Below are positions 1 to 11,400 of a stretch of DNA of 64,000 bases, in pieces. Source of the stretch: an uncultured delta proteobacterium (lineage in GTDB: Bacteria > Desulfobacterota > WTBG01 > CAIYCZ01 > CAIRTM01); contig CAWDSQ010000020.1 in assembly GCA_963804955.1 (NCBI GenBank), forward strand, positions 32,001 through 96,000, in the 5' to 3' direction. Positions within the stretch are counted from its first letter, which is position 1, and every line of letters begins with the position of its first letter. The notes under the pieces were generated by a model. That model worked only from the letters and a program-made list of their open reading frames with translations. It searched no databases and had not been told where the DNA came from. The position numbers and the translations under genes are program-made.

Positions 1-413
1 TTATAATTGTAGCGCTTCATTTCGGGAAGCGCGGTTGCGCCCATGGTTGCGGCGGTTGCATTGGTCGAGCCGCAGATGGCGGCAAACAGCGAGCAGGCGC
101 CGACCGTAGCTATGGCAAGTCCGCCGGGAAGATGGCCGATGAATTTATAGGCGGCATCATACAGGCGGCTGCTGAGCCCGGAATGAAAGGCAAGCTGGCC
201 CATCAGCACAAAAAGGGGAACAACCGTGAGACTGTAGGAGTTGAACGTCGAAAAAATATCTTTGGCAAGAAGGTTCAGAGCCGCATCCCAGTTCACAATG
301 GACGCGAAGCCGGTTACCCCGATTATGGCCATCACAAAGCCGATGGGCAAGCGGGAGAAGATAAAAACGGAAAGGGCTATAATACCGATAAGTCCGATGA
401 TGGTTGGCGACAT
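1..413 (-). CDS. dctM: TRAP transporter large permease (5' part; runs off window)
   Basis: Manual translation from ATG at 413: MSPTIIGLIGIIALSVFIFSRLPIGFVM...VVPLFVLMGQLAFHSG...GHLPGGLAIATVGACSLFAAICGSTNATAATMG, typical DctM motifs; lies downstream of dctP-dctQ. Confidence 0.92.
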   Translation of the reverse strand, partial: MSPTIIGLIGIIALSVFIFSRLPIGFVMAIIGVTGFASIVNWDAALNLLAKDIFSTFNSYSLTVVPLFVLMGQLAFHSGLSSRLYDAAYKFIGHLPGGLAIATVGACSLFAAICGSTNATAATMGATALPEMKRYNY

Positions 414-440
414 ACTGTTCCTTACGTGTATACCAGGGTA

Positions 441-936
441 TCAGGAATTCTTCAGGTCGCGGAAGCAGCGCAGTCCGTGCAGAAATTCCACCATCAGCAC
501 AAGGGTTAAAATGTCCACAGCCGGCGGCAATGCCGAAGACAAAGGGATAAATGGGAATCTGAATGGTCGGCGATACCTGCCCTTTTTTCAGTAAATCCAT
601 ACCATAGAGCAGCGACTGCCAGGTGATGATGCCAAACAGAACGGTTGCAAGTATCGCATTTGCAGAGCCGATCAGAGCCTGGGCTTTCGGCGAAAAGCGC
701 ATGACCAGAAAGTCGACCGCTATATGGCCTTTTTCAACCGAAGTGTAACCCAGGGAAAATGAAGTCACCACCGCCCCCAGCAGGCCTATTATTTCATAGG
801 TCCCGGGAACAGAGCTTTTGAACAGGCGCAGGATAACATCAAGGGTCGTGAGCAGCATCATGATAATAAGGGCTGCAGCCGCTATCCAGTTTGCCTTTAC
901 TGCCGTGGCCGTAATGGTTTTTTCAATGCGATACAT
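441..936 (-). CDS. dctQ: TRAP transporter small permease (one frameshift near 510)
   Basis: Four hydrophobic segments, DVILR...GTYEI...GHIAVD DctQ motifs; C-terminus continues in the shifted frame to TGA at 441-443. Confidence 0.88.
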
Positions 937-1012
937 GATGAAACCAGTATTCCCGTATAATACGCAGGGCTGCAGGCACAAGCGCCGCAGCCCGGACAGT
1001 ATGAATAGCGGA

Positions 1013-2044
1013 TTATTTCTTGCCGTTTTCCTTCAAGAGCCGCTGAATTTCGGCGATTGCCTTGTCGCCGGGAAGGCCTTTTTCATTGGCGTTTTTCTTG
1101 AAGCTGTCGATAACGGGTGCAACAGCCGTGACCCAGCGCTGGTTTTCTGCTCCCGGAAGGGCAGTGATTTCATTTTTCAAGCTGAGAGCAAATTCTTTGC
1201 CTTCTTTGTCAAGACGGTCCCAGGCCTCACCGTGCTTTGCTATCCATTCTGCGCTGGTGTCGTCAAAAATCTTTTTTATATCATCGGGCAGCGCATTCCA
1301 TTTTTTAAGATTCATTACAACAAACATTGCCGTCGTGTAGCCGATATCAGGGCAGTCGACCGTGTACTTGACAACTTCCGCCTGCTTCCAGCCTTTCAGG
1401 GTTTCAATCGGGGTGAATGTGCCGTCAACAACGCCCTTCTGCAAGGGCTTCATAGGTTTCACCCTGGGGCATGGCAACGGGCGAGCACCCAGTGCTTCGA
1501 CCACTTTTGCGCTGAAGCCGGTTGAGCGGATTTTCATGCCTTTCAGGTCTTCCATTTTTTTAACGGGCTTTTTGGTGTGCAGCAGGCCAGGCCCATGGGC
1601 ATGCAGGTACAGTACCTTAACCTCGTCCAGAGCCTGGGGCTTCATTGCTTTATAATAGCCATTGGCGACAAGGGTCGCGACTTTGCCTGAAGGGTAGCCC
1701 ATCGGCAGATCAAGCGCTTCCATGATCGGGAAGCGACCGCGGGTATAGGCAAAGCATGACATGCCGATATCGGATATCCCGTTTACCACGCCGTCATACA
1801 CCTCGGGAGCTGCGGTCAGGGTGCCGCCGGCAAATACGTCGATTTTGATTCGGCCGGCGGAGCGCTTTTCAATCTCTTTTGCCCAGGCGATGCCAGCCTC
1901 TGCCTGGCCGTGTGCCGGCGGAAAGAAAATGCTGTACGTGAGCTTGACCGGCGCTGCATCAGAGGCAGCAAGCACGTCCGTGTGATACAGACAAACAGAA
2001 ATGACAGTCAGAAAGAGACCCGAAAGCAAAGCGAATTTTTTCAT
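1013..2044 (-). CDS. dctP: TRAP transporter periplasmic substrate-binding protein
   Basis: Signal peptide; FPPAH, GRFP, DLKGMKIR, LQKGVVDG motifs of the DctP family. Confidence 0.93.
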   Translation of the reverse strand: MKKFALLSGLFLTVISVCLYHTDVLAASDAAPVKLTYSIFFPPAHGQAEAGIAWAKEIEKRSAGRIKIDVFAGGTLTAAPEVYDGVVNGISDIGMSCFAYTRGRFPIMEALDLPMGYPSGKVATLVANGYYKAMKPQALDEVKVLYLHAHGPGLLHTKKPVKKMEDLKGMKIRSTGFSAKVVEALGARPLPCPRVKPMKPLQKGVVDGTFTPIETLKGWKQAEVVKYTVDCPDIGYTTAMFVVMNLKKWNALPDDIKKIFDDTSAEWIAKHGEAWDRLDKEGKEFALSLKNEITALPGAENQRWVTAVAPVIDSFKKNANEKGLPGDKAIAEIQRLLKENGKK

Positions 2045-2260
2045 GTGTTCCTCCCTATAAAAGTATTATGTGAGGGTGCGCCCACGTGATGCGTGAGCAC
2101 AGGTAAAGCCCGCAAGAACGGCCTAAAAATTCTGGACATTTTATGGTATTTTACAGCAAGTTGCAAGCACATATGATGTTTTTAGTAAAATCAGGCGTTT
2201 CTCCAGAGGATATGCTGATGAGGCGCTCGAGCGGGCTGCGCATGTAGCGGCAGGCAGATT

Positions 2261-3078
2261 TCAGACGTTCTCAATGCAGCGGTTCAGGCTTCCCGTGGAG
2301 TAGCCTTCCAGGTCAACGGCAATATACTGCCAGCCGAGCCTGCGAAAGGCTTTTGATATGCGGTTTTTGAGTTCAGGGTCAAGCAGGCGTTTAATTTCTC
2401 CGGATGGGACTTCAATGCGGGCAATATTTCCGTGATGACGGACGCGCACCTGCGTAAATCCTGCTTTATGCAGCAGCTGTTCCGCCGATGCAATGCGTTT
2501 CAGCAGCGGCTCATCTATCCGCGTGCCGTAAGGAATGCGCGAGGCAAGACATGCTGCGGCAGGTTTGTCCCATGTCGGCAGCCCTGATCGGCGGGAAAGC
2601 ATGCGGATCTCTTTTTTTGTGAGGCCGGCTTCAAGCAGCGGGCTTCTGATGCCGAGCTCAGTCACCGCCTGCATGCCGGGGCGGTAGTCGCCCAGATCAT
2701 CTGCATTGCTGCCTTCAATGACAAAACTGCAGCCCTTCACGGCGGGCGATTTTTTTCAGCTCCAGAAATCTGTCGCGTTTGCACCAGTAACAGCGGCGTT
2801 TTTCGTTTTTGAGAAAGCGCGGGTTCTGCATTTCACCGCCTTCATGATCATGAGGCGCGCGCCGATCAGAGCGGCCAGCGCTTTCATCTGCTTTTGCTCT
2901 TCGCGTGTCATGACCTCCGACACTGCGCAGACAGCAAGCACATTTTTTTTACCCAGGATATCCACAGCAGTTTTCAGCAGCAGCGTGCTGTCGACGCCGC
3001 CCGAGAATGCCACAAGAACACTGTTCATTCCTTAAGTATTGCCCCTGAGTTGTCAATTCTTTCTGTTTAGTCGTTCAT
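2261..3078 (-). CDS. larE: ATP-dependent sulfur transferase LarE (frameshifted; start approximate)
   Basis: PP-loop VAFSGGVDST, RCYWCK (read in the shifted frame), EGSNADDLGDYRPG, WDKPAAACLASRIPYG, VRVRHHG, DLEGYSTGSLN. Confidence 0.9.
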
Positions 3079-4138
3079 GCAAAACCTCGTTTATTATGCC
3101 GCCGCCAATGACACTATCCTCATCATAGAGTACAACGGACTGACCCGGTGTAATGGCATCCTGTAATTCGTCAAAAAGAACATTCAGGATATCGCCGGAA
3201 ACAGAGAAACTGCATGCTGCCGGCTTATGGGCATAGCGTATTTTTGCAAGGGCGCGATCCGGAAGCGATGTGTAATGCATGATGATGCTGTTTGCACGAA
3301 GACGACGCGAGCTGACATGCTTTTTATTTCCGGCAATGATGCGATTCTTTTCCGCATCAATTGCAATGACATACAGGGGCTCGGGCGCCGCTATGCCAAG
3401 CCCGCCGCGCTGACCGATGGTGTAGAAGGGTATGCCTTTATGAACACCGATTTTTTTTCCGCTCAAGTCGACAATATCGCCGGGCTGAATGTCCAGTGCA
3501 TGCTGCATAAGAAACTCCCGGTACTTGCCGTCCGGAATAAAACAGATGTCCTGGCTGTCTGCCTTTTCAGCAACCGGCAGTGCTGCATCGCGGGCAATCC
3601 TGCGGGTTTCGTCTTTTGTAGAATCTCCAAGGGGGAAGACAATCCGGTCAAGCACATTGTTGTTGACGGCATAGAGAAAATACGACTGGTCTTTGCGCGG
3701 ATCTTTGGCCTTTCTCAGAACAGTACGACCGTTATGGTACGACGGTGGCGGCATAATGGCCGGTTGCAAACATGTCGAAGCCAAGTTCGCCGGCTTTATC
3801 AAAAAGCAGGCCGAATTTGACATATCTGTTGCACTGCACGCAGGGGTTGGGCGTTCGGCCCCTGCGGTACTCGGCCACAAAGCATCGATTACATGTTTTT
3901 GCAGGTGGAGCGGAGAAATCAAAAACAAAATGCTTGATGCCCAGGTGCTCGGCAGACACGCCGTGCGTCATCAACGGCGCGGTTCGCACTGCATGATGCG
4001 CCAGTGATTCTGCCGTATGACATCCTGGAGGCACATGGTGACACCAGCCACGTCATGAGCCGGCAGTTTTTAAGCTTCAGTGCGGCAACCGATGAATCAA
4101 CACCGCCGCTCATGGCTACAAGAATTTTTTTATTGCAT
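3053..4138 (-). CDS. mnmA: tRNA 2-thiouridine(34) synthase MnmA (several frameshifts)
   Basis: KILVAMSGGVDSS, GRTPNPCVQCN, ATGHY, KDQSYFL, SQDICF, YTIGQRGGLGI, AITPGQSVVLY spread over ORF fragments. Confidence 0.93.
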
Positions 4139-4373
4139 AAAACAGCTATCCAAAAACAGTTTGCGCGCAGAATGCCCATACTGAGCATTAAAGCACAGTT
4201 ATCCGGGTAGAGAAATAAGAAAAATGTCCGCACTGTGTTGAGCCGTAACCTTCGCACCAGCATTTTGCCCATGATCAGCGCAAGCACGTTGTGCGCTGCG
4301 TATCCAACATCCTGAACCCAGGCGCTGGATCCAACCATGGTAGTCAGTCAATGAATACTTTCAGGTGATTTCA

Positions 4374-5183
4374 CTAGTTGATGAATTTTTCTCTGATTGA
4401 AACAGCGCCGGTAGGGCATTTCAGACAGCGGTAGCAGCGTATACAGCTTGTTGATTGGCAGGCATTGTTTTCATATGCCTTAATCTCAACAGGGCAATCC
4501 CGCAGGCAGGCATCGCAGTGTATGCATTTTTCATGGTCAACCTGCGGCCGAAGTATGCTAACTTTATTAAATAGGCCATAGATGGCTCCAAGCGGGCAGA
4601 CCGTACGGCAGAAGGGGCGTTTGCAGAGAACAAAAAGAATGATAAAGGCTGCAAGAATGCCAAGTTTAACATTAAACAGCATGCCGGTCATTTCCCTGAG
4701 GTCGGAATTAAGCGATGTGAGCGGAATGCCTGCCTCAAGCGTGCCTGCAGGGCAGAACTTGCAGAACCACGGCTCGCCTGTTATCCAGGCAACACCGAAG
4801 ACCACAACCACAAGAATCGCGTAGCGCAGCCATGTGAGTATCTGCGGGATATGCAGTTTGGGAGAAGGTATTTTATTCAGCAGGTCCTGCAGGAGCCCGA
4901 AGGGGCATGCCCAGCCGCAGACAATGCGCCCCGCGGCTGTGCCGATCATGCCGAGAAAACCGAGCACATAAAAGGGTATGTGGTAGGTGCCGTATGCCGT
5001 AAGCATTTGCAGTGCGCCCACAGGGCATGTGAACAGGGCCGACGGGCAGGAATGGCAGTTGAGGCCCGGGCATGGAGCAAGCTTGAAACTGCCCTGGTAG
5101 ATGCTGCGCAGGTAGAAGCCGTAGAAATAGCAGTTGTACAGCACCACACTTGCAAACTGAGATATGCGCTGCCAGGCTTTCAT
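4374..5183 (-). CDS. Membrane 4Fe-4S binding polyferredoxin (NapH/MauN/RdxA-like)
   Basis: CPGLNCHSCP, CGWACPFG, FCKFCPAG, FCRTVCPLG, CIHCDACLRDCP and CIRCYRC motifs with TM segments; likely start MKAWQR at 5183. Confidence 0.88.
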   Translation of the reverse strand: MKAWQRISQFASVVLYNCYFYGFYLRSIYQGSFKLAPCPGLNCHSCPSALFTCPVGALQMLTAYGTYHIPFYVLGFLGMIGTAAGRIVCGWACPFGLLQDLLNKIPSPKLHIPQILTWLRYAILVVVVFGVAWITGEPWFCKFCPAGTLEAGIPLTSLNSDLREMTGMLFNVKLGILAAFIILFVLCKRPFCRTVCPLGAIYGLFNKVSILRPQVDHEKCIHCDACLRDCPVEIKAYENNACQSTSCIRCYRCLKCPTGAVSIREKFIN

Positions 5184-5185
5184 GC

Positions 5186-5320
5186 TTATCCTATCCCTAT
5201 GCAGCTCAGGCATACCACGATGGAATAGCTCATGATCATGTTGTGCTGCCCCATGATGATGCCGATGATAAATAAAGCTGCCGACAGTGCTGCAATAATG
5301 GCTGGCAGATGCTTTTTCAT
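5186..5320 (-). CDS. 44-aa CD1871A-family CXXC-motif membrane mini-protein
   Basis: Manual translation MKKHLPAIIAALSAALFIIGIIMGQHNMIMSYSIVVCLSCIGIG*; C-terminal CLSCIGIG is the family hallmark; ends 2 nt before the polyferredoxin ATG. Absent from the ORF track. Confidence 0.82.
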   Translation of the reverse strand: MKKHLPAIIAALSAALFIIGIIMGQHNMIMSYSIVVCLSCIGIG

Positions 5321-5433
5321 AAAATGCACGGGCTTTTCCCTGTTTTGTGTTGCCTGCGTCAGCAGGATTTGTTATGTGATACAGTGAGCTGTTTTATATA
5401 AACCTATTTTTTTACTCCATTCAAGGAACAATA

Positions 5434-6950
5434 ATGATTATTTTAAAGCGCTTCCATGCCGTGGTTTTTATGTGCCTTGCGCTGCTGGCTGCCCGGCCAT
5501 GCTGCGTTTGCTCTCGGTATTGGCGACAAGGTTCAGCACGTTTGAGCTTGCAAATGGATTGAAGGTCCTCCTGCTGGAGCGTCATACCTCGCCGACAATT
5601 TCTTTTGCCATGGGTTTTAAAACCGGTGCGGTTGATGAAAAAAGCGGCACCACAGGGGTGGCGCATTTGCTTGAGCATATGCTGTTTAAGGGCACAAGAA
5701 CGATCGGCACGCGAGATTTCAAAGCCGAGCAGAAGCTGCTTGCCCGTATCGATGAGGTTGCAATTCAGCTCGATGCCGAGCGGCGCAAGGGCAGTGCCGG
5801 GGACGCCGACAGGATTGCACGTCTTGCAGATGATTTAAAAATAGCTGCAGGATCAGGAAAATGCCCTTATTATAGAAAATGAATTTGATACAATCTATAC
5901 ACGCAACGGCGCCGAAGGCATGAATGCCGGCACGGGTTATGACATAACCACCTATACGGTTAGCCTGCCGTCAAACCGGCTTGAACTCTGGATGCGTCTT
6001 GAGTCGGAGCGGTTTCGAGCATCCGGTGTTTCGCCAGTACTATGCCGAGCGCGATGTCGTTATCGAGGAGATGAGGCAGAGCTACGAAACCAAACCGGAT
6101 CGCCTGCTTTCAACACAGCTTTTATCGGCAGCGTTTCAAGCCCATCCCTATGGGCGGCCCATTATCGGCTGGAAGTCAGACATTCAGTTTCTGCCGCGGT
6201 CCGTATGCGAGGAGTTTTTCAAAAATCGCTACTCCCTGGCAAATGCTGTTGTGGCAGTTGTGGGAGACATTGATATTGAACAGACCAAAAAGCTTTTTGA
6301 GCAGTATTTTGCCCATATTCCTAGCCCGGCGCGGTAGATGAGCCGTTTGTCTCGCAGGAGCCCGAGCAGATGGGCGAGCGCCGCATCGAGGTTCGTTTTG
6401 ATGCCGAGCCCCAGGTGCTTATAGGCTTTCACAAGCCTACGTTTCCCGTACGAGATGATTATGTTTTTGACCTGATCGATGCTCTGCTTTCAAACGGCAG
6501 AACATCGCGGCTGTATACAATCTCTGGTGCTACATAAGAAAATAGCAGCATCGGTTGATACTTCCAATGGTTTTCCCGGGCGCTCGTTTCCCCAACCTTT
6601 TTATCATTCAGGGCGGTTCCGCTCAAAGGCGTGGCATGCCCAGAGCTTGAAAAAGCCATATATGCCGAGATCGACAGGCTTGCTGCGCGACCCCGATACC
6701 GCCGGAAGAACTCGCAAAGGTCAAAAAACAGTTTCTCGCAGATTTTTTCGCAATCTTGAACTCCAATCAGGAATTCAGCCACACTCTGTCCTACTACCAG
6801 ATCGTGTGCAATGACTGGCGCTATGTTGAAAAAAGCCTTGCGGTTATTGAGGGCATTTCTTCAGATGAAATTCAAACTGCGGCAAAAAAATATCTTGTTC
6901 CGCGCAACAGGACCGTTGCGACACTTGTGAAAGACACAAACAATGAATAG
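5434..6950 (+). CDS. M16 family zinc metallopeptidase, catalytic subunit (frameshifted)
   Basis: GVAHLLEHMLFKGT (HxxEH), NAGTGYDITTY, ERDVVIEE, HPYGRPIIG. Confidence 0.9.
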
Positions 6951-8382
6951 ATCACCATTCTGCTGTATTGCTGCTGCTTGTTATGCTCTGCGCATGCTCG
7001 CTGACTGCCTCTAAAGATCATCTCCTGCAGTCTGACGGCTTTCAGCCGATTGTTTTTAAAGCGCCGGCTCCCGAGCGCATTGAACTTCAAAACGGCATGA
7101 TTGTCTATCTGCTTGAAGACCATGAACTGCCGCTTATAAACATTACCGCCTCATTGCGGACCGGCTCGATATATGAACCGGCTGAACTGGCCGGACTTGC
7201 CGCCCTTACCGGTGCAGCGATGCGAACAGGCGGTACGCTGCATATGACTGCCGATGAGGTGGACCGCCGGCTTGAGGCAATGAGCGCACAGCTGGGTGTC
7301 GGCATCGGATCTGGAGCAGGGCTCGGCTTCTCTGTCTGTGCTCAAGGAGGATTTTGAAAAAGCATTTTCCATTTTTTCCGGGATTCTCATGCAGCCGGTG
7401 TTTGAAAAAGATAAGTTTGAAATATGCCCGCACTACCATGTGCCAGGGGCTCAGGCAGCTGCCCGATAACCCCCAGAGTCTGGCTTTCAGGGAGTTTAAA
7501 AAACTCATGTATGCAGGCAATCCCCGCGGCATACTGCCGACGATCTGCTTCTGTGCAAAGCATAAAAAGAGAGGATATTGTTGCCTTTCACCGGAAATTT
7601 TTTCACCCGGAAAATATCATGCTTGCAATTTCCGGCGATTTCAGCCGCGACAGTATGCTTGCTCATATAAGAAAGGAGTTTGGCTCCTGCCCGCGATCCT
7701 CGGATTCAGTGCCCGGCATTCCCTCCCCGCATGCCGCTTAAGGCAATGCAGCTTTATCATCTGCAAAAGCAGCTTTCGCAGTCGACCATTGTGATGGGGC
7801 ACTTTGCACCGCCCAAAAACCATCCGGACTATTTCGCCTTTCAGGTGCTTGATTTTATCATCGGCAGCGGCGGTTTCACGTCCCGTCTTTTTTCTCAGGT
7901 GCGCACCGCGCAGGGCCTTGCCTACAGCGTAGGCAGCTTTTACCGCGGGGACAGAGGTTACGGCGTCTTTGGCGCCTACTGCATGACAAAAGCAGACTCG
8001 ACCCATCGTGCAGCTTCGCTTATGATGCAGATTCTCGACACTATCAAAAAAGGGCGAACTGACTGAAGAAGAACTTCAATGGGCAAAGGAATCGATTCTC
8101 AATAACTTTATTTTTTCCTTTACCTCAAGCGCCCAGATTGCAGCTCAGCAGATGCAGCTCGAATATGACGGCCTGCCTCCTGACTTTATCAGCACAGCCC
8201 CGGAGAAAATCCGTTCTGTGTCCATGCATGATCTGAAGCGTGTGGCCGATACATGGCTCAATCCGGATAGAATGCTTATCCTGTTTCTCGGCGATGCCGC
8301 GCATATCGACGTACAGCCTGGCGCATGGGAGTGGGGGAGCGCTGTCACCATACAATCGGATATTATACATGAAAAGCAGTAG
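6943..8382 (+). CDS. M16 family peptidase, non-catalytic partner subunit (frameshifted)
   Basis: LQNGMIVYLLEDHELP, GLAALTGAAMRTGGT (no HxxEH), GSGGFTSRLFSQVRTAQGLAYSV; overlaps the stop of the preceding gene. Confidence 0.87.
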
Positions 8383-10098
8383 TGTTTTTTTGAAAACCTT
8401 ATGTGCTGTCGTACTATGCAGCGCACTTGCCGCCTGTTCAGTTTCGTTGCTGCTTCCCTCGAACGGGGCAAAAAGGTCCGCCGTACCGGATAACAAAACG
8501 ATGTTCCCTCCACAGGTTTATTATCATTTTCTTGCTGCCCAGTCCTGCATGGGCCAGCAGAACTGGGACTGTGCCAGAAAGGAATTTGAGTCAGCACTTG
8601 AATATGACAACAATTCCTCCTATCTGCATCTCCAGACTGGCTCAGATGTATGCATTGAGCGGTGATTTTGAAAAAGCCGCTGTCTGGGCTGAAAAGGCGG
8701 CTGTGATTGATCCGGCAGACATAGATGCGTATTATATGCTCATACGCATTTATGTAGCGCAAAACCGTGCTGAAGATGCAATCCAGCCAATACGAAAACA
8801 ATTTTCTCTCTTGATCCGGCCGATGAGGAAGCATATTTTACCCTTGCCATGCTCCTGCAGCAGCAGAAACGCCATGACGATGCTATTGCAACGATAAAAA
8901 AGCTGCTCAAGGTAAATGAACGCTCTTCCTCGGCCTGGTTTTTTCTTGGCAATATTTACATGGATATCGGCAAAATCGGTAAAGCCCGCACATGCTATCT
9001 CCGGGCACTGGATATAGATCCGGCATTTGAACCCGCGCTTATAAATCTGGCTTTGCAGTATGAAGCTGACGGGAATGTTGTACAGGCGATAGAAACGCTG
9101 CAGAAGGTAGTTGAGCTCAACTCTGAGAATTACCAGGCACGGGATAAGCTTGCTTTTCTTTATTTAAAGCAGGACCGGCTTCAGGAAGCCCTTGAAAACT
9201 ATCTGTATATTCGTGATGCCAATCCGGAGTTTGCAGCAGAGCTTGAAACAAAAATCGGCCTTATTTATTATGACCTTGAACAGTGGAACAATGCAGAGCA
9301 GTCCTTTGCCGCTGCAGTTGAAAAAAATCCGGGCAACGACAGGCTGCAGTATTATCACGGCATAGCCCTGGAGCGTCTCAAACGCAATCATGAGGCGCGG
9401 CTGGCATTTTCTGCCGTTGCTCCTGATTCAAAATTTTATGCGCAGGCACGGCTGCATATGGGGTTTATACTGGATGAAGAAGGTGAAAGAGAGCGTGCGC
9501 GCCAGGTTGTTCGTGAAGCAATTGCCACGCAGGGAAGATGATGCCGACCTCTATCATTTTCTTGCTTCGCTCTATGAAAAAGACTTGAAGATAGACGAAG
9601 GCATCGCTGCCCTTAAGGAAGGTCTTGCCGTTGAGCCCGGCAATGAGAATCTGCTTTTTTATCTTGGTGTTCTGTATGATAAGGCAAAACGCTTCGATGA
9701 AAGCATACGCGTCATGCAGGAGGTTCTGCAGAATAACAAGAATAATGCAGAAGCCCTACAACTTTATCGGCTATTCATGGGCTGACAGAGGGATACATCT
9801 GGATGAGTCTGAAAAGCTGATTAAAAAAGCCCTCAAGCTGAAGCCTGAGGACGGCTATATCATAGACAGCCTTGGCTGGGTTTATTTTAAGCAGGGCCGA
9901 ATCGATGAAGCAATAGCTGCGCTTGAAAAAGCGGTGCTTTTAGCGCCCAAGGATGCAATCATTGCAGAGCATCTTGGTTTTGCCTACCTGTCTAACAATC
10001 AATTTGAACGGGCCCGGCATATGTTTAAACAGGCTCTTGAACTTGATCCGGCAAAAGAATATTTGAAGGCTAAAATAAATGAAATTTCAAATAAATAG
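8369..10098 (+). CDS. TPR-repeat lipoprotein (frameshifted)
   Basis: Lipobox-like LAAC, many TPR helices, C-terminal NFIGYSWAD...PEDGYIIDSLGWVYFKQG. Confidence 0.85.
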
Positions 10099-10885
10099 AT
10101 CCATATACCTGTTTATTTTATTAGGTTTTTTTGCAGCGGCTGCGCAGTGCTGCCAGCGCGCCAAAAGCCCCTTCCCGTTCTTAAAGATCCTGCCGGCTAT
10201 TTTCAGGAAAGCTATCAAAAAGTCGCATGCTGTAAACGACGTATCGGGATATGCAAAGCTCAAAATTTCCACGGACGGGAAAACTTCGACATCACGCAAT
10301 GTTTTTTTCGTCAGAAGGCCCGACATGATCCGAATCGAAACCCTGGGTTTTTTGAGCAGGCCGGCCCTGTTTTTTACCGCTGACAGCAAGTCTATGTCCA
10401 TCTACGCCATTGAAAGCAATGCTTTCTATAGCGGAAAAACCACTGTTGAAAATTTACAGCGTATAATTGGCATGCGGCTCGAACTCCGGGAAGTCATTCT
10501 GTCATTTTTGGGAGAACCGCCTCTTGTCGACTGCACTCGTAAGAAGATTACCTGCAGTCAGGATAAAAATCAGTACTATTTTATTATTGCATGTGAAGGA
10601 GCAAAACAGCTCATATGGATTGACCCTGCAACAGGCAGTATTACCGGGTATAAACTTTATGAGAATAAATCACCCGTATACGAATACGCATTCTCCGATT
10701 TTCAGAATTTTAACGGCCGTCTTTTCCCTTTAAAAATTAATATTCATCACTACACTACTAATACAGATATCACTCTTGAATTTGAGTCGATAAGCTTTGA
10801 CCCGATTGCCATTGAACGCTTCAACATGAATCTCCCGCCGGGGGCGACCTCCATGAGCATTGAAGAGCTTGGCATGCCGCAGTAA
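10079..10885 (+). CDS. LolB-like / DUF4292-type envelope protein
   Basis: Signal-like N-terminus, RRPDMIRIE, YAFSDFQNFNGRLFPLKINI; follows the TPR gene as in the TPR-lolB arrangement. Confidence 0.6.
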   Translation: MKFQINRSIYLFILLGFFAAAAQCCQRAKSPFPFLKILPAIFRKAIKKSHAVNDVSGYAKLKISTDGKTSTSRNVFFVRRPDMIRIETLGFLSRPALFFTADSKSMSIYAIESNAFYSGKTTVENLQRIIGMRLELREVILSFLGEPPLVDCTRKKITCSQDKNQYYFIIACEGAKQLIWIDPATGSITGYKLYENKSPVYEYAFSDFQNFNGRLFPLKINIHHYTTNTDITLEFESISFDPIAIERFNMNLPPGATSMSIEELGMPQ

Positions 10886-11028
10886 AGCAGATACAGACCG
10901 ATGGAGCCTGATTGTTTGCTGCAATCATTTAAAAAGTTTTTGTTATTTTTTCTTGATATTTTATTTTGGAAATAGTAGCTTTTCAGACATTCAATTTAAA
11001 AAAAATCAATTGATATTCGTGCACTGCC

Positions 11029-11400
11029 ATGTCAGCTAAACTGCTCGTAGTCGACGACGAGGAAAATATACGCTTTCTGTATGAACAGGAACTGCTTGAT
11101 GAAGGCTATCAGATAGTTCTTGCCCGCGATGGCAAGGAATGTCTGGAGATGGTCAAAGAGCATGCTCCTGACCTTATCATTCTGGATATACGCATGCCGC
11201 GCATGGACGGCCTTGAAGCAATCGGCAAGATTATTGAAATAAATAAAAATATTCCAATTATTATTAATTCGGCATATTCCACGTACAAGGATGATTTTAT
11301 GAGCTGGGCTGCTGATGCCTATGTGGTTAAGTCCTACGACCTGGATTCTCTCAAATCCACCATTCGGGAAGTCCTGGAAAAGAAAAAGCATAAAAAATGA
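11029..11400 (+). CDS. Single-domain response regulator (receiver)
   Basis: LVVDDE, PDLIILDIRMPRMDG, ADAYVVK; no output domain. Confidence 0.92.
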   Translation: MSAKLLVVDDEENIRFLYEQELLDEGYQIVLARDGKECLEMVKEHAPDLIILDIRMPRMDGLEAIGKIIEINKNIPIIINSAYSTYKDDFMSWAADAYVVKSYDLDSLKSTIREVLEKKKHKK

